Assembly (NCBI RefSeq): GCF_018977255.1
Contig: NW_024704743.1
Coordinates: forward strand, 9,798,001-9,862,000
DNA length: 64,000 nucleotides
Reading direction: 5' to 3'
Source of the DNA: Callorhinchus milii
Lineage: Eukaryota
The position numbers were made by a program, and so were the translations under genes. The notes beneath the pieces were generated by a model. It searched no databases, was not told the origin of the DNA, and saw only the letters and a list, made by a program, of their open reading frames with translations. Shown here piece by piece: positions 12,875 to 24,868 of the stretch. How positions within the stretch are numbered: position 1 is the first letter of the stretch; every line of letters starts with the position of its first letter.

Positions 12875-13570
12875 ATAATAATCTTTGCATTTGATTTCAC
12901 ATAAGAAGGACATTGAAATGCTTCATAGTATATACTGTAAAGTGCAGTGACTATGTATTTTGTAGGCAAACATGTGTGCTTGGCAATTTCTCACAAACAG
13001 CCATGAGATGAGTAAACAATTTTAGTTGATAGATTGTTGGCCAGGACATCAGGAGAAACACTTTTCGAATACTGCCTTGGGATCTTTAACCCGAACAGAC
13101 AGCATCACTGTTTATTGTGATGTAGCTCAGTGGTTAGAGCACTCGCTTTGCAAGTGAGAGACCTGAGTTCAATTCCAGGCAGAGGGCGAAACCTTGGGCA
13201 AGTTTCCTTACTCCACACAGAGCCTAATAATAATCCCTCCAAAACCCAAAACAATAATAAATTGGTCATTTTCAATCTACGACTGTTTGTGGGACATTGC
13301 TGTGCGCAATTGGCTGCCGCGTTCGCCCACAAATATACAGTCAATTCACTTTACAGTATATTCTGTGAAGCGCTTTGGGACGTCCTCCCGACGTGAAAAG
13401 CGCTATATCAAATGCAAGTATTATTATTATTATTGCCTCGCCCGAAGGACGGCGTCTCCAATAATACAGCATTGGAGTGGCAGCCTAGATTTGTGAGTTC
13501 AAAGACTCAGCATGGGAGCTTGAACCCCCAGCTTTCTGACTCAAACTCAAGAGTGCTACCAATGGAGCCA
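12875..13570 (-). mobile_element. Old long Deu-type SINE split by a young SINE
   Basis: Tail at 12875, body GGGATCTTTAAC..CCCGAAGGACGGCGTCTCC, head TTCTGACTCA..GAGTGCTACC. Confidence 0.78.
13121..13433 (+). mobile_element. Young tRNA-Ala SINE, short subfamily
   Basis: Near-identical to 565-888; nested in an antisense long Deu-type SINE (12875-13570). Confidence 0.93.
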
Positions 13571-16153
13571 GGAGCTTCACATGAGTTTCTTTGAAGTGAA
13601 GTAACTTTTATGTCAGCAGATGTGGCAGCTGATCCACAACAGAAATATCCTACAATCTGCAATTTGATGGTTAACAAAGTCATTTGTTTTCAAATAATTT
13701 GGTTGGGAGGAGTATTGGACAAGATGCTGGCAGAAAGGCCCTGCTCTTTGAAATAGTAATAATAATAATGCTTGCATTTGATATAGCGTCTTATCACATG
13801 TTCGAGACATCTCAACGTGCTTCACAGAATATACTGCAAAGTGAATTAACTGTATATTTTGTGGGTTAAAATAGTGCATTTCTATAGCACTTTTCACGTA
13901 AATTAATGTCTTCATTATAGGAAATTGATTTTTTTTTATATAGACAAATATGGCAGCTAATCTGCAGCAGCAATGTCCCATGAAATGGGCAGCCAATGCA
14001 CTTGAACTTGGGGTTAAATTTGGTTAAGGAGGGAATATAAACCAGGATAAATGGAAGAGGAACATTTCTGTTTATTTGCAGTGAACTGTTCCTGTGGAAA
14101 GCAAAGGCAAGTACAATACCATTTTGCTTTCTGTGTTTTGCAGTCAGCTGGGTGTCTTAACACATACAGAAACCCATCACCATGCTTAAGACCATCCAAA
14201 CTGAACAGAGTTCTGTGCATCTCACATATGCATGGAAATTTCTGAAGTATTTATTGGAATGGAATTCGCAAACTCTCCCTGGAGTGACAAATGCTGCTTA
14301 ACTAATTCTGAATGTATTAAGCACAGGTTGGCAAGAGCCAAGGCTTGGGGATGCCAGAGTGTGTATTAGGGTACTGCTGGAGTTTAAACTGCTTGCATTG
14401 AGAACGCTGCCTGGCAAGCTTTGAGACGTTTTGGCAAAATAACAAGATGCTATATCCAATGTAAGGATTATATGATCATTATAAACAGGATTGGGGCTGC
14501 ATTCTTATGACCCCAAAACTGCTAGAACTGTGCGAGCTTGTGGATCTGCTGTTTTTGTCTACTCCACGGGCAGTTTCCATAGTGACTGGAACCCGAAGAC
14601 TGTATTGCAGAACAATTTCCTGGCGGAGGTGTAGAATACAAAGTTACTGAGTTCACCTTTGATCCTGAGGTGCCAATTTGCCGAGCACAAATTGGCTACC
14701 TCGTTCGCCAACAAAGTACAGTCATTGCATTTTATAGTGTGTCTTGTGAAGCGCTTTGAGATGTCCTCCCAATGTAAAAGGTGCTGTATCTGTTATATTG
14801 GAGATTTATTCGTCATTAGACTCGGGAGTTTGAAATTCCATATGGCGCTAAATGTAGCAAGTTCTGTCCAACAGTCAAATTCTTATCCATATTTTCTGTT
14901 CCACTTCTTTCTTTTCCCCTCCCCTTTCACGTATCGTAGCAGTTTGTGAGTTGAAGGTGGCTGACTTTCCAATGCTGGTCTGTTGTCTCCCACTAATATA
15001 GTGCCAGATTGACTTCTCTTCCGTGGCCTTTTTTCATCTGTCACATTGACAAATTTCAGCTCTTCATCAATGGGAACCTGCCTGAGGTTGGAAACTTGCT
15101 GTCTCTGGGGCCACTGATGTTTAAGTTGATCTTAGTACTCTCTAGTGTGTTTGCACTGCAGTGTGCTGCTCCCTACCCTCATAGTAGCACTGCATTCTGC
15201 CACAAGTAATGTTGGAGTAAAACCCTCTCATTTAAAGGCTATAGCAGATGCTAGTGCACAATGCAGAGGCCGAGGAGACTGTCCCAGAAACAAATCACAT
15301 AAAAGGCTTGGATTAAGAAAGCTGTTCAGCCCATTTGATCTCATCCTTCCAGAATATTATTATTAATATGATTTTACCTAGCAGTAAGTAGGAAACCGGT
15401 TGTTAGTGATGCGGATTGTTTTCCGGCAGAAGTGAACCCTTCAAAGAATTCAGTTAAAAAAAATTTGATCACTCAATCCATGACTGTTTGTGGGAAACTA
15501 CAGTGCACAATTGGCTGCTGGATTTTGCCCACAAAATACACAGTCAATTCACTTTACAAATTCTGTGAAGTGCTTTGAGACGTTTCAATGACGTAATATC
15601 AAATGCTAAGATTATTGTTATTAATACCCACCCTACTGTCTTTTGATCAATTTATCAAGCTGTTTTTCATATCAGTCCCAATTCACTTTAGTCAGAATGC
15701 TGGAAAATCAGAAAATACAAATGCATTGGGTTATTAGCATATGACAGAGCCACACGTAGAAACATAGAATTACACAGAACATTAGAACATGGAAGCAGGC
15801 CATGTTGTGCTGGTGTTTTACATAACATGAGCCTCCTAAACACCTGTCCTATACCCTCTGCTATCCTCTCCCTCACGTATGATCTTCTTAAATACTTTGT
15901 TGCTTTTTACTTCGACCAAAGCTTTTGTCAGTGAGTTCCATGTTCTCACCACCCTCAACGTGAAGACATTCCTCCTCGACTCAACAACAACAACAAGATT
16001 CCATTCATTGAGCGCCTTTCAAGTCGGGAGGACGTCCCAAGGCGCTGTACAGTTGGGTCAGGACCCGAGCAGGGGGGAAATGGTCAGGGTGAGGGGAGGG
16101 AAGGGAGGGAGCGAGGAGGGGGTAGAGAGTCGAGAAGGGAGCTGAAGGCACGG

Positions 16154-19100
16154 TCAAAGAGAAAGATCTTGAGACCGGCCTTGAAGGAGGAAAGGGAGGA
16201 GGCGGCGAAGGCACTGGGGGATAGAGTTCCAGAGCCTAGGGGCTGAGAGGCTGAAGGCCCGGCCACCGATAGTAGGGCGGTTGGGGCGGGGGATGTGGAG
16301 CAGACCGGAGCCAGAGGAACGGAGGGTACGGGCAGGTAGGTAGGGGGATAGTAGGTCGGAGAGGTAGGAGAGAGCAAGGCCGTGAATGGCCTTGTAGGTG
16401 AGGGTGAGGATCTTGAATTCGATCATCTGGGGGATGGGGAGCCAGTGGAGGCGAGCGAGGGTGGGAGTGATGTGGTCGCGAAGCCTGGTGCGGGACAGTA
16501 CACGAGCTGCAGAGTTCTGAATGACCTGCAGCTTGTGGAGGGAGGTGCCGGGAAGGCCGGCGAGGAGAGAGTTCCCATAGTCCAGCCTTGAGGTGATAAA
16601 GGCGTGGACCAGAGTTTCAGCAGCGTGAGGGGTGAGGGAGTGCCGTAGTCTGGCGACATTCCGGAGATGATGGAAGGCGGTGCCAGTTGTGGCGCAGATA
16701 TGGGGGAGAAAGGACAGCTCAGGGTCGAACAGAACGCCGAGGTTCCTGACCGGCTTTGAGAGGTGGAGAGTGCAGCCTTGGATGCTGATGCTGTCAGCGC
16801 CTGAGGTGCGGAGGCGCTGACGCGAGCCAATCAGGAGGGCCTCAGTTTTGCGCACGTTGAGCTGAAGAAAGTTGTCTCTCGTCCAGGACTCGATGTCGGA
16901 CAGGCAGCTGTCAGGACATCGGTGGTCGTGGAGTTGAGGGTAGAGGAGGAAAGGTAGAGTTGGGTGTCATCCGCATACATGTGGAAGTTAACCCCATGTC
17001 TGCGGATGATGTCACCAAGGGGGAGCATATAGAGGGTGAAGAGGAGGGGACCGAGGACAGAGCCTTGAGGGACACCGCACGAGACAGTGCGGGGGCCGGA
17101 GGAAAAAACATTTGTGGAGACAAAGTGAAGACGGTGGGAGAGGTACGACCTAAACCACTCAAGGACAGGGCCTTGAAGGTTTAGGTGGGAGGACAAGCGG
17201 TGGAGGAGGATAGCATGGTCGACCGTATCGAATGCTGCCGATAGGTCGAGGAGGACGAGGAGGCAGAGGGAGCCCTGGTCACAGATGGTCAGGATGTCAT
17301 TGGTGACCTTGACCAGGGCAGTTTCTGTGCTATGGGCAGCACGGAAACCCGACTGAAGGGGTTCGAATAGTGAATGGTTGGAGAGGAAAGAGCGCAGCTG
17401 GGAGGCGACAACTCGTTCCAGGACCTTGGACAGGAAGGGGAGGTTGGAGATGGGCCGGTAGCTTGATAGCTGCGACGCATCAAGGGAGGGTTTTTTTAAG
17501 GTGGGAGTGATGGTGGCAGTTTTTAAGGGAATGGGAATAGAGCCAGAGGAGAGGGACAGGTTGACGATGTCTGTGATATGTGGGGCAAGGAGGTGGAGCT
17601 GGGAGATAAGGAGTGGAGTGGGGATGGGGTCAAGGGAGCAGGTGGTGGGTTTCAGGGAGAGGATGAGTTTGGTGACAGAGGATGGGGAAACGGGTACGAA
17701 GGTGTGTAGGGGAGGATGGGTAGGAGTCGGAGTGTGGGAGGGAAGGGGTGGGTGGTGGGTGGATGTTGGAGGGGAAGTGACCGCGGAGCGGATTCCCTTG
17801 ATCTTGGATTCAAGGAAATCCAGCATCTCCTCGCAGTGAAGGTTGGAGGAGATGACCTGCGCGGGGTGGCGGGGGGGACGGAGGAGTTGGGATGTGGTAG
17901 AAAACAGTAGCCTGGGGTTGTCCTTCGCCTCCAGGATTATCCTGGAGTAGAAGGACGATTTGGCCGAGGCTAGAGTGGAGCGGTAGATTTTGAGGAGGTC
18001 CAGCCAGATTTGTCGGTGGACCGTTAGGCCAGATTTGACCCAGGTGCGTTCAGCGGCCCGCACCTGGCTCTTCAGTGAGCGGAGGTGGGTGGTGAACCAG
18101 GGGGAGGAGCGAGAGTAGGAGACAGTACGGGAGGTGATAGGGGCAAGAGTGTCAAGTGTGGAGGAGAGGGTGTTGTGGAGGAGGGTGAGAGCAGAAGAGG
18201 GGTCGGTGAGGGTTGAAGGCCAGAGGGAGAGGAGTTCAGAGGACTCCAAGGCAGCGGTTAGGGATTGAGGGGGTAACTTCTTCCAGGGGCGGTAGAAGAT
18301 GGTGGTGGGTCTGGTGGAGGTGGGGAGGGGGGTGGAGGTGGTGAAGGAGATGAAGTGGTGGTCGGAGATGGCCTTGTCGGTGATGGTGACATCCGAGACA
18401 CTGAGGCCCCGGGTGATCACCAAGTCGAGTGGGTGGCCGTGACTGTGAGTGGGGGAGTTGATGTGGAGGGAAAGGTTGAGCGAGGAGAGCAGGGAAGAGA
18501 AATCTGAGGAGATTGAGCAGGAGGGGGTGAAGTGCAGGTTAAAGTCGCCCAGGATGATGAGGCGATCAGAGCAGAGGCAGAGAGATGTGAGAAGTGTTGA
18601 GATATCAGAGATAAAGGTGGGAGAGGCTTTAGGGGGCCGGTAGAGGAGGAGGATTTTAAGTGAGAGGAAGGAGGGGTGGGAGAGGGTGAGGTGCTCAAAA
18701 GAGGGGAAAGAGCCAGAGGAGTAGGGGGATAGGGCAAGTGGTGTCCTTGAGATAAGGGCAACACCACCGCCACGGCGGTTGGGGCGAGGGATGTGGTGGG
18801 AGGTGTAGCCGGGTGGTGTGGCCTCCGTGAGGGGGAAGGTGTCGCCTGGGGTGAGCCAGGTTTCCGTTAAGGCCATGATATCAACGTTCTCATCAAGGAT
18901 GAGATTGTTGATGACCAGGGCCTTGTTACAGAGGGGGCGGACATTTTGTAGTCCGATGTGGATGGAGCGGTTGACAGAAGGGTGTGTGGGGAGGAAGGGG
19001 GGTCCCGGTTGTGAGGCAGGGGTGGGGGAAATGGGGGTAAGGGAGGAGAGGTTGGCTCCCTGGGTCTGAGTCCGTGGTGGCTGGCGAGTGTGGTGGGGAA

Positions 19101-19314
19101 TGGGGCAGTCGGCTGCTGCTGGACAGCCAACGCCGAGTGCCACGGTGAGCCCGGCGGAGGATTCCCAGGCTGGAGCAGAGGGAGGTTGTGGGATAGAAGG
19201 CGAGAGGGACGGAGAGAGAGGAGGAGAGAGCGGGAGAGATGCAGAGGGGGGAGGGTTTGGGGGTAGAGAGGAGGGAGGAGTGGGTGAAGGGGCTCGGGTC
19301 ATAGCGGCAGCCAT
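16154..19314 (-). pseudogene. L2 endonuclease/reverse transcriptase ORF with two frameshifts
   Basis: APE motifs LQNV, ALTETWL, GGGVA, ILGDFN, LDLV, SDH. RT motifs [43 protein letters not shown]-terminal LHWLP and WNS. 1-nt deletion near 16905 and a second frameshift near 16200. First ATG at 19312-19314. Confidence 0.93.
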
Positions 19315-19650
19315 ATTGCGCACGCGGGGACCGGGAGCGAGCGGTCAGGTGGATGGACACATTATCCCATGGGCTGGGGCTGGGGCAGCCAACCTAACAG
19401 GACCATGGTGGGCTCTGAACCCTGGGGGGGGGGGAGCAGAGGATTTTTTTTTGTTGTTGCACGCGCACACTTCTGAGAACTACCACTATGACGTCAGCGG
19501 TTCCCCCACTCCGCCCCCACCCGTTCCCTCCTCAGCCCCACACTCTGCACACCCTGCTAGCTGTTCTCACTCCCGCGTCGAGTTAAATACCTGAGAGGTA
19601 GGCCCAGCTCCTCCCCGAGCTGTCCTGGCGCCGCTCCCTGTCTCGCGAGG
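19306..19650 (-). promoter_or_regulatory. Putative internal Pol II promoter / 5' UTR of the L2 element
   Basis: CpG-rich. YY1-like CAATATGGCTGCC (19306-19318, minus), NRF1-like TGCACGCGCA (19458-19467), perfect CRE TGACGTCA (19489-19496), GC box CCGCCC (19511-19516), TCTCGCGAG (19641-19649). Confidence 0.5.
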
Positions 19651-19989
19651 TAGTTTGAAGTCTAGGAAGTTCTCAGGTACAATCCCCAGGTTGTGTTGAG
19701 TTAATTGCTCTCTCAGGTGAGGTGTCAGTAGGGGAAAGTACTAATATTTTATAAGAAAATCACACCTGCACTAACAACTTTCCTGGGACGTCTCAAGGAC
19801 ATGATGAGGCGCTACATCAAGTGGCAAGGATTCTAATAGAAATCACACTCAATATGTATAAGTGTCAATGGCATGCCAAGTGTTATTACCTTACCATTGT
19901 TACAGAGCCATCATTTCATCTTAGTTGATGAAACATAATAATGATAATTCTTGAATTTAATATAGATTCTTATATCAGAGGCGTCTGAT

Positions 19990-20255
19990 TGTGTAAAGTG
20001 ATATTCTGTGGGCGAACGCAGCAGCCAATTTTCATACAGCAATGTCCCACACACAGCCATGGAGTAAGTGACCCGTTTTATTTGGGGGTTTGTTGGCCAG
20101 GAAATCGGGAGGAACTCCCTTCTCTTTTTGAACAGTGCCCTGAGATCTTTAACGTCCACCTAAGCAGGCAGACAGGACCTCAATTTAACATCTCATCTGT
20201 AGGATGACACCTCTGAAAATGCAGCACACTCCCAGCACCTCATTGGAATGTCGAC
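19990..20255 (-). mobile_element. Old long Deu-type SINE fragment
   Basis: GCAGCCAATTT..AGATCTTTAACGTCCACCT..TTTAACATCTCATC. Confidence 0.78.
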
Positions 20256-23200
20256 TTTGACAAGATGCAAAAGAAGTTGTGTTCACTCACAAGACACTGT
20301 GTTCTCTGCTCTGACTTCACAATAATGACATTGTAATGAGGTTAGTTGATTGTACAATTGCAGCTGTTTTAGCCTGTTCATTGTTGATGTTCAAAAAGCT
20401 TTACAAATTGATGCATAAATCATTTTTAAAAAGACTTTGTAAATTCCACAACTGTCAGATGACTATCAGCTATTTCTTTACAAATGAATGAAGTATCTGA
20501 AGACTGGAATGAACTAAAGTGCAGGTCAAGCTGATGGTACAATTTACGAGGTGTGTGTGTGTGTGTGTTGTGTGATCCACTGTTTAACGATATTGATTTC
20601 CAGATGACTTTACTCTGAAGTCACCATTAAAGCTGTCTGTCAAAGAATTGAACAGTACTGCCATCTGTGCTGACCATTGTCAAAAAAAAAAGGAAAATGA
20701 GAACGTTTTATATCATTTTTAGAATGCCTTTTCATATTACAAGATCTTTACAGTAATTACTGTCAAGTGTTGTGGCTGTTTTTGTAGGCATATGTGGCAG
20801 GAGGCTTACATACAGTAAAGTCTCTTAATTCATATAATGGATTAAATGGCACTACAAATATGGTGTAGATTTCTATGGATCTGTGGCCCCCAAATTGGTA
20901 ACCATGAGATGAATGACCTGATTAATTGGAGGATTTTGGAGGTCACTGGGTGAAACCTTTTTTTCCTGTTGAGGGTCATGGGATCTTAACATTGCAGAAA
21001 GGGAGCTCGTTTTAACAGGTCCCCTGATATTGCTCCAATGGAGTGTCAGCCTAGACAATAAACTCTTTAAGTACTGACACGGGCCTGGAATGCACATGAA
21101 ATCATATGATGATGACACATCAGATTAATACCATGGTGCCACATCATTGGCTACATGTTTGCACTGCATTATGGATCTTAACAAAATAGAACCTGGAAAG
21201 TCTCCGCTGTATATTTTTTCTGTACAATTATACTGTGAGGTTAAAGATATATGGGTCAAATCTGCATTGGATACTGATGTGAAATCTCTCTTACCCCAAT
21301 GGCCTTCCTTAAACTTGTTGGTGTTTTCTGGTCTTGTATATTCTTTAATTTATAATCAATCCAATTTACAGTATATTCTGTGAAGCACTTTGAGACGTCT
21401 CAACGACAAAAGGTGCTATATTGAATGCAAGGATTATTATAATTATTATAGTCAGTGTACTTTAGAGTCGTCCTCAGCTGTTAGCTGCTGACCCTCACTG
21501 GCAAAATCTCTAAAATACCATCAAAGTACCAAAACAGTGCCTTGGGATGTTCTCCTGATTTGAAAGGCAATATATAAATGCAATTTGTTGTTGTTGCAAT
21601 ACATGTGAGGTTATTGAAAGTCTGCAAGGACCTTGCATGTGGCTGTAAATACACAGTCACTACAGATTTTCAGTAAAATTCCTTGAGGCACTCTTAAGAT
21701 GTTTGAGGATGTGATAAGACACACTATCAAATGTAAATATTGTTATGTTAGATTTACTATAAAACTGGACATACTGGCTGTATTTGCACTTCCAAGACTC
21801 AATTAGAATCTATTGATTGTTGGCACCCGGTATGAATACCCAGGCCTTGAAATGAATATTGGGCATAGGACCCTGATACAAAATGAGAACTGTTACGAAC
21901 AGGCTGCCCCTTTTTGCATGAGATGCATCCTGAGTTTAAAGCAACATCCCCAACATCATGTGTTTGGATGGGTTCAAGCCTGTTTTTGTCAATACTTCAC
22001 ACCGTCTCAATATGACTTGAGAAGAATCAAATGGGTTTTAACATTATTGCTATTTGTTGTGATCCTGAATTCCAGAAAGTGCCGTCTCCTCTCCCTTCCT
22101 CCATCTGTATACAGTTTTTCATCAAAAAGGTTTACACAGGAGCCTCTGTTTATTTTATTATAATAATAACAATAATCCTTTCATATGATATCCCCCCCAT
22201 GAGAATGAGGGGAGTTGATATTAACTGATCAAATTAGCAATCCACAGTGTTGATTTACAATGATTCAGTGCAGTAGCACATGCCCTGTACAGTGTGTATG
22301 GATATTGCACTGCAATCATTCAAGAGGTCATTGTTCGCTTCTCTGCCGAGCAGTATATCCACTTACACAATGTAATTAACTAAGTGCTTTTGTCATCCTC
22401 GGTCTAATCTTCCATTGGTGTTTGATCATCTGTGTTCGGGAAAGTTTCTAAATGAATTATATCCAGTTTATTTGCTGCTGAGGTATTGTTGCTTGGCACC
22501 ACTGCCCATGCTGTTGCAGTGGGGGTGGTGTGTGTGTGTGGGGGGGGGGGGGGGGAGGGTTGCAGGCATGGTGAATTTGGGGGTAAAATATCATACTGAA
22601 CACATTCATCTTTATGCTAGTTCAACCTCATTGCTTTCTTATTGAAAATAGGGGAAGCACTAAATTGCTGGATGTTGCTTTAATGGTTCTCTTAATTTGT
22701 TAAGTTTTAGTTTTCCCCTCCTTGTGTCAACTCCCCTCATTTTCATTGAGAGATGGGGTGGAAGGTGAGCTCCATTCTAAGGATGACTGTCTGCAACAGA
22801 GGACAGTGTGCTGAGACTGTGAGGTGCTTTTGCTAACAGTATAGGTTGACTGCATTATAACAGGATGGTAAACCCAGACCTCAGGGCACGCTAAAACAAA
22901 AGGCTGACAGGGAGCAGGGAGAAATGGGGGCAAAGAGTGTAAGGAGTGGGAAGTGAGTGGCAGGAGCCATGGCGGAGGCAGAAGGCGGTGTGGATGGTCT
23001 GGCTGGGGTGGAAGGGAACATGGGGTAAAGGACGATGCAACCAAGCAGATGTTTTCAATCTTGGAGGCGAGATGAGGTTATTCACTTCATGGCTGTTAGT
23101 AGAACATTGCTGTGTGTAATTTGGCTGCTGGATTCGCCTACAAATACATGGTATTACTTGTGAAATGCTGTGACTTGTTTGGGCTTAAGAGAAGCTACAA

Positions 23201-24385
23201 CAGCAACAATAACGACTTGCATTTATATAGCGGCCTTCCCAATGGGTAGAGTCATGAATGCTTAACAGCGGCGTGGCTTGACAATGAGCAGGAAGTGGGG
23301 AAGGGTCCGAAGGAACGGTTGAAGAGGAATGTCTTCAGGTGTGATTTGAAGATAAACAGAGAGGGGGCAAGATGGAGAGATTGAGACAAAGGAGGTCCAG
23401 GTGAATTGTGGGGCAAAATATCATACTGAACACATTCATCCTACCTGAGGGCAATGTGCTAGTTCAACCTCATTTGGACTATGGCTGAAAGCACGCCACC
23501 AATTGTGGAGTGGAGGGGAGAGTGGAGAGACAGTGTACAGGTTTGGTGAGTCTGAGGGATAGGCAGGGAAGGTAAAAGAGTTCAGAACCGCAAGTGAGAG
23601 CATGTTGACAGGAGCCTGGAAAGATGCTTTCCGTTTTGTCCATGTTCAGCTGCAGAAAGTTGGCACTTCTCCAGGCCTTGATAACCCTTATAAAATGTTA
23701 GGATTATTATTGTTATTACCTTCTTTAGTCTGCCATTGCTCTGATAATTAGGTTTACAACCCAAGCTTCTTGTCACTGAAGCACTTTATTTATCTCATTC
23801 CTTCTCCAACTCTGATTAATTAATTCATCAATACATTAAACACAGAAATCGCTGGGAACACGGAGCAGGTCAGGCAGCATCTATGGAGAGATGAAAATTA
23901 GTTAATGATTCAGGACAATGACAATGACAGTTAGAACTGGGGGCTGTTGGAAGAGAGCAGATTAAAGGCAATAGTGAATGTGGTTACATCCTCTGGTTTT
24001 TAGACAAATCTGTTTGTTCTATAATCTCCCACGATTGCCTTTTATAATAATAAATAATAATCCTTGCATTTGATATAGCGCTTTTCATGTCTTCTAGACG
24101 TCTAAAAGAGCTTCACAGAATATACTGTAAAGTGAATTGACCGTATATTTGTGGGCGAAACGTGGAGTAAGGAAACTTGCCCAAGGTTTCGCCCTGCTTA
24201 TACAACATACACAGAAACACACAGTTTTGCACCAGCAACACCTCTAATCTCATCATCATTTTATTATCTTTATGTGACAGTTCTAGGGACATTGGAGCAA
24301 GAGGCTATTCAGCCCATTGTGCCTATTTCACCAGTTTATTGGATCATAGACATCTTTTAGTCACATTGTGAATTTCTATAGTTGG

Positions 24386-24715
24386 AGTACTCGCCTTGTA
24401 AGTGAGAGACCTGGGTTCAATTCCCTGCATGTTGGACAAGTTTCCTTACTCCACATTCATGTTTACCTAGCAGTAAATAGGAACCCGATTGTTAGTCGAT
24501 TGGCAGATCGCTTTTCCAGAGGTAATAATTCCTAAAAAAAAATTGGTCACTTCAATCCACGAATGTTTGTGGGACACTGCTGTGCGCAATTGCTGCCACG
24601 TTTCACCCACAAAATATACAGTCAATTCACTTTACAGTATATTCTGTGAAGTGCTTAGAAACTTCTTGGAGATCTGATAAGGCGCTATATCAAATGCAAG
24701 GATTATTATTATTAT
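24386..24715 (+). mobile_element. tRNA-Ala SINE, long subfamily
   Basis: Carries the extra TGTTTACCTAGCAGTAAATAGGAACCCGATTGTTAGTCGATTGGC segment. Confidence 0.88.
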
Positions 24716-24749
24716 TTCCCCAAATTTCCCAAGGTTATATGTATCCAAT

Positions 24750-24868
24750 TTTCTTTCTTTCACTTTCTCTCTTGCTCTTTAATCTCTCTTTTTCTTTCAT
24801 CCTCTTTCTTGTTTTTTCACTTGTTTTCTCTCTTTCTCTTCCTCGCTCTTTTTCTCTCAATCTTTCTT
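24750..24868. repeat. CT-rich low-complexity tract
   Basis: Almost pure pyrimidine run. Confidence 0.85.

Larger units (their letters stand above)
15982..19650 (-). mobile_element. Near full-length young L2-clade LINE (~3.7 kb, apparently single ORF)
   Basis: APE and RT ORF pieces at 16154-19323. The 3' end has the stem-loop AGCGCCTT-GGGACGTCCTCCC-GACTTGA-AAGGCGCT and a (TTG)n tail at 15982-15996. GC-rich 5' region extends to ~19650. The 5' boundary is uncertain and no TSD was found. Confidence 0.95.
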
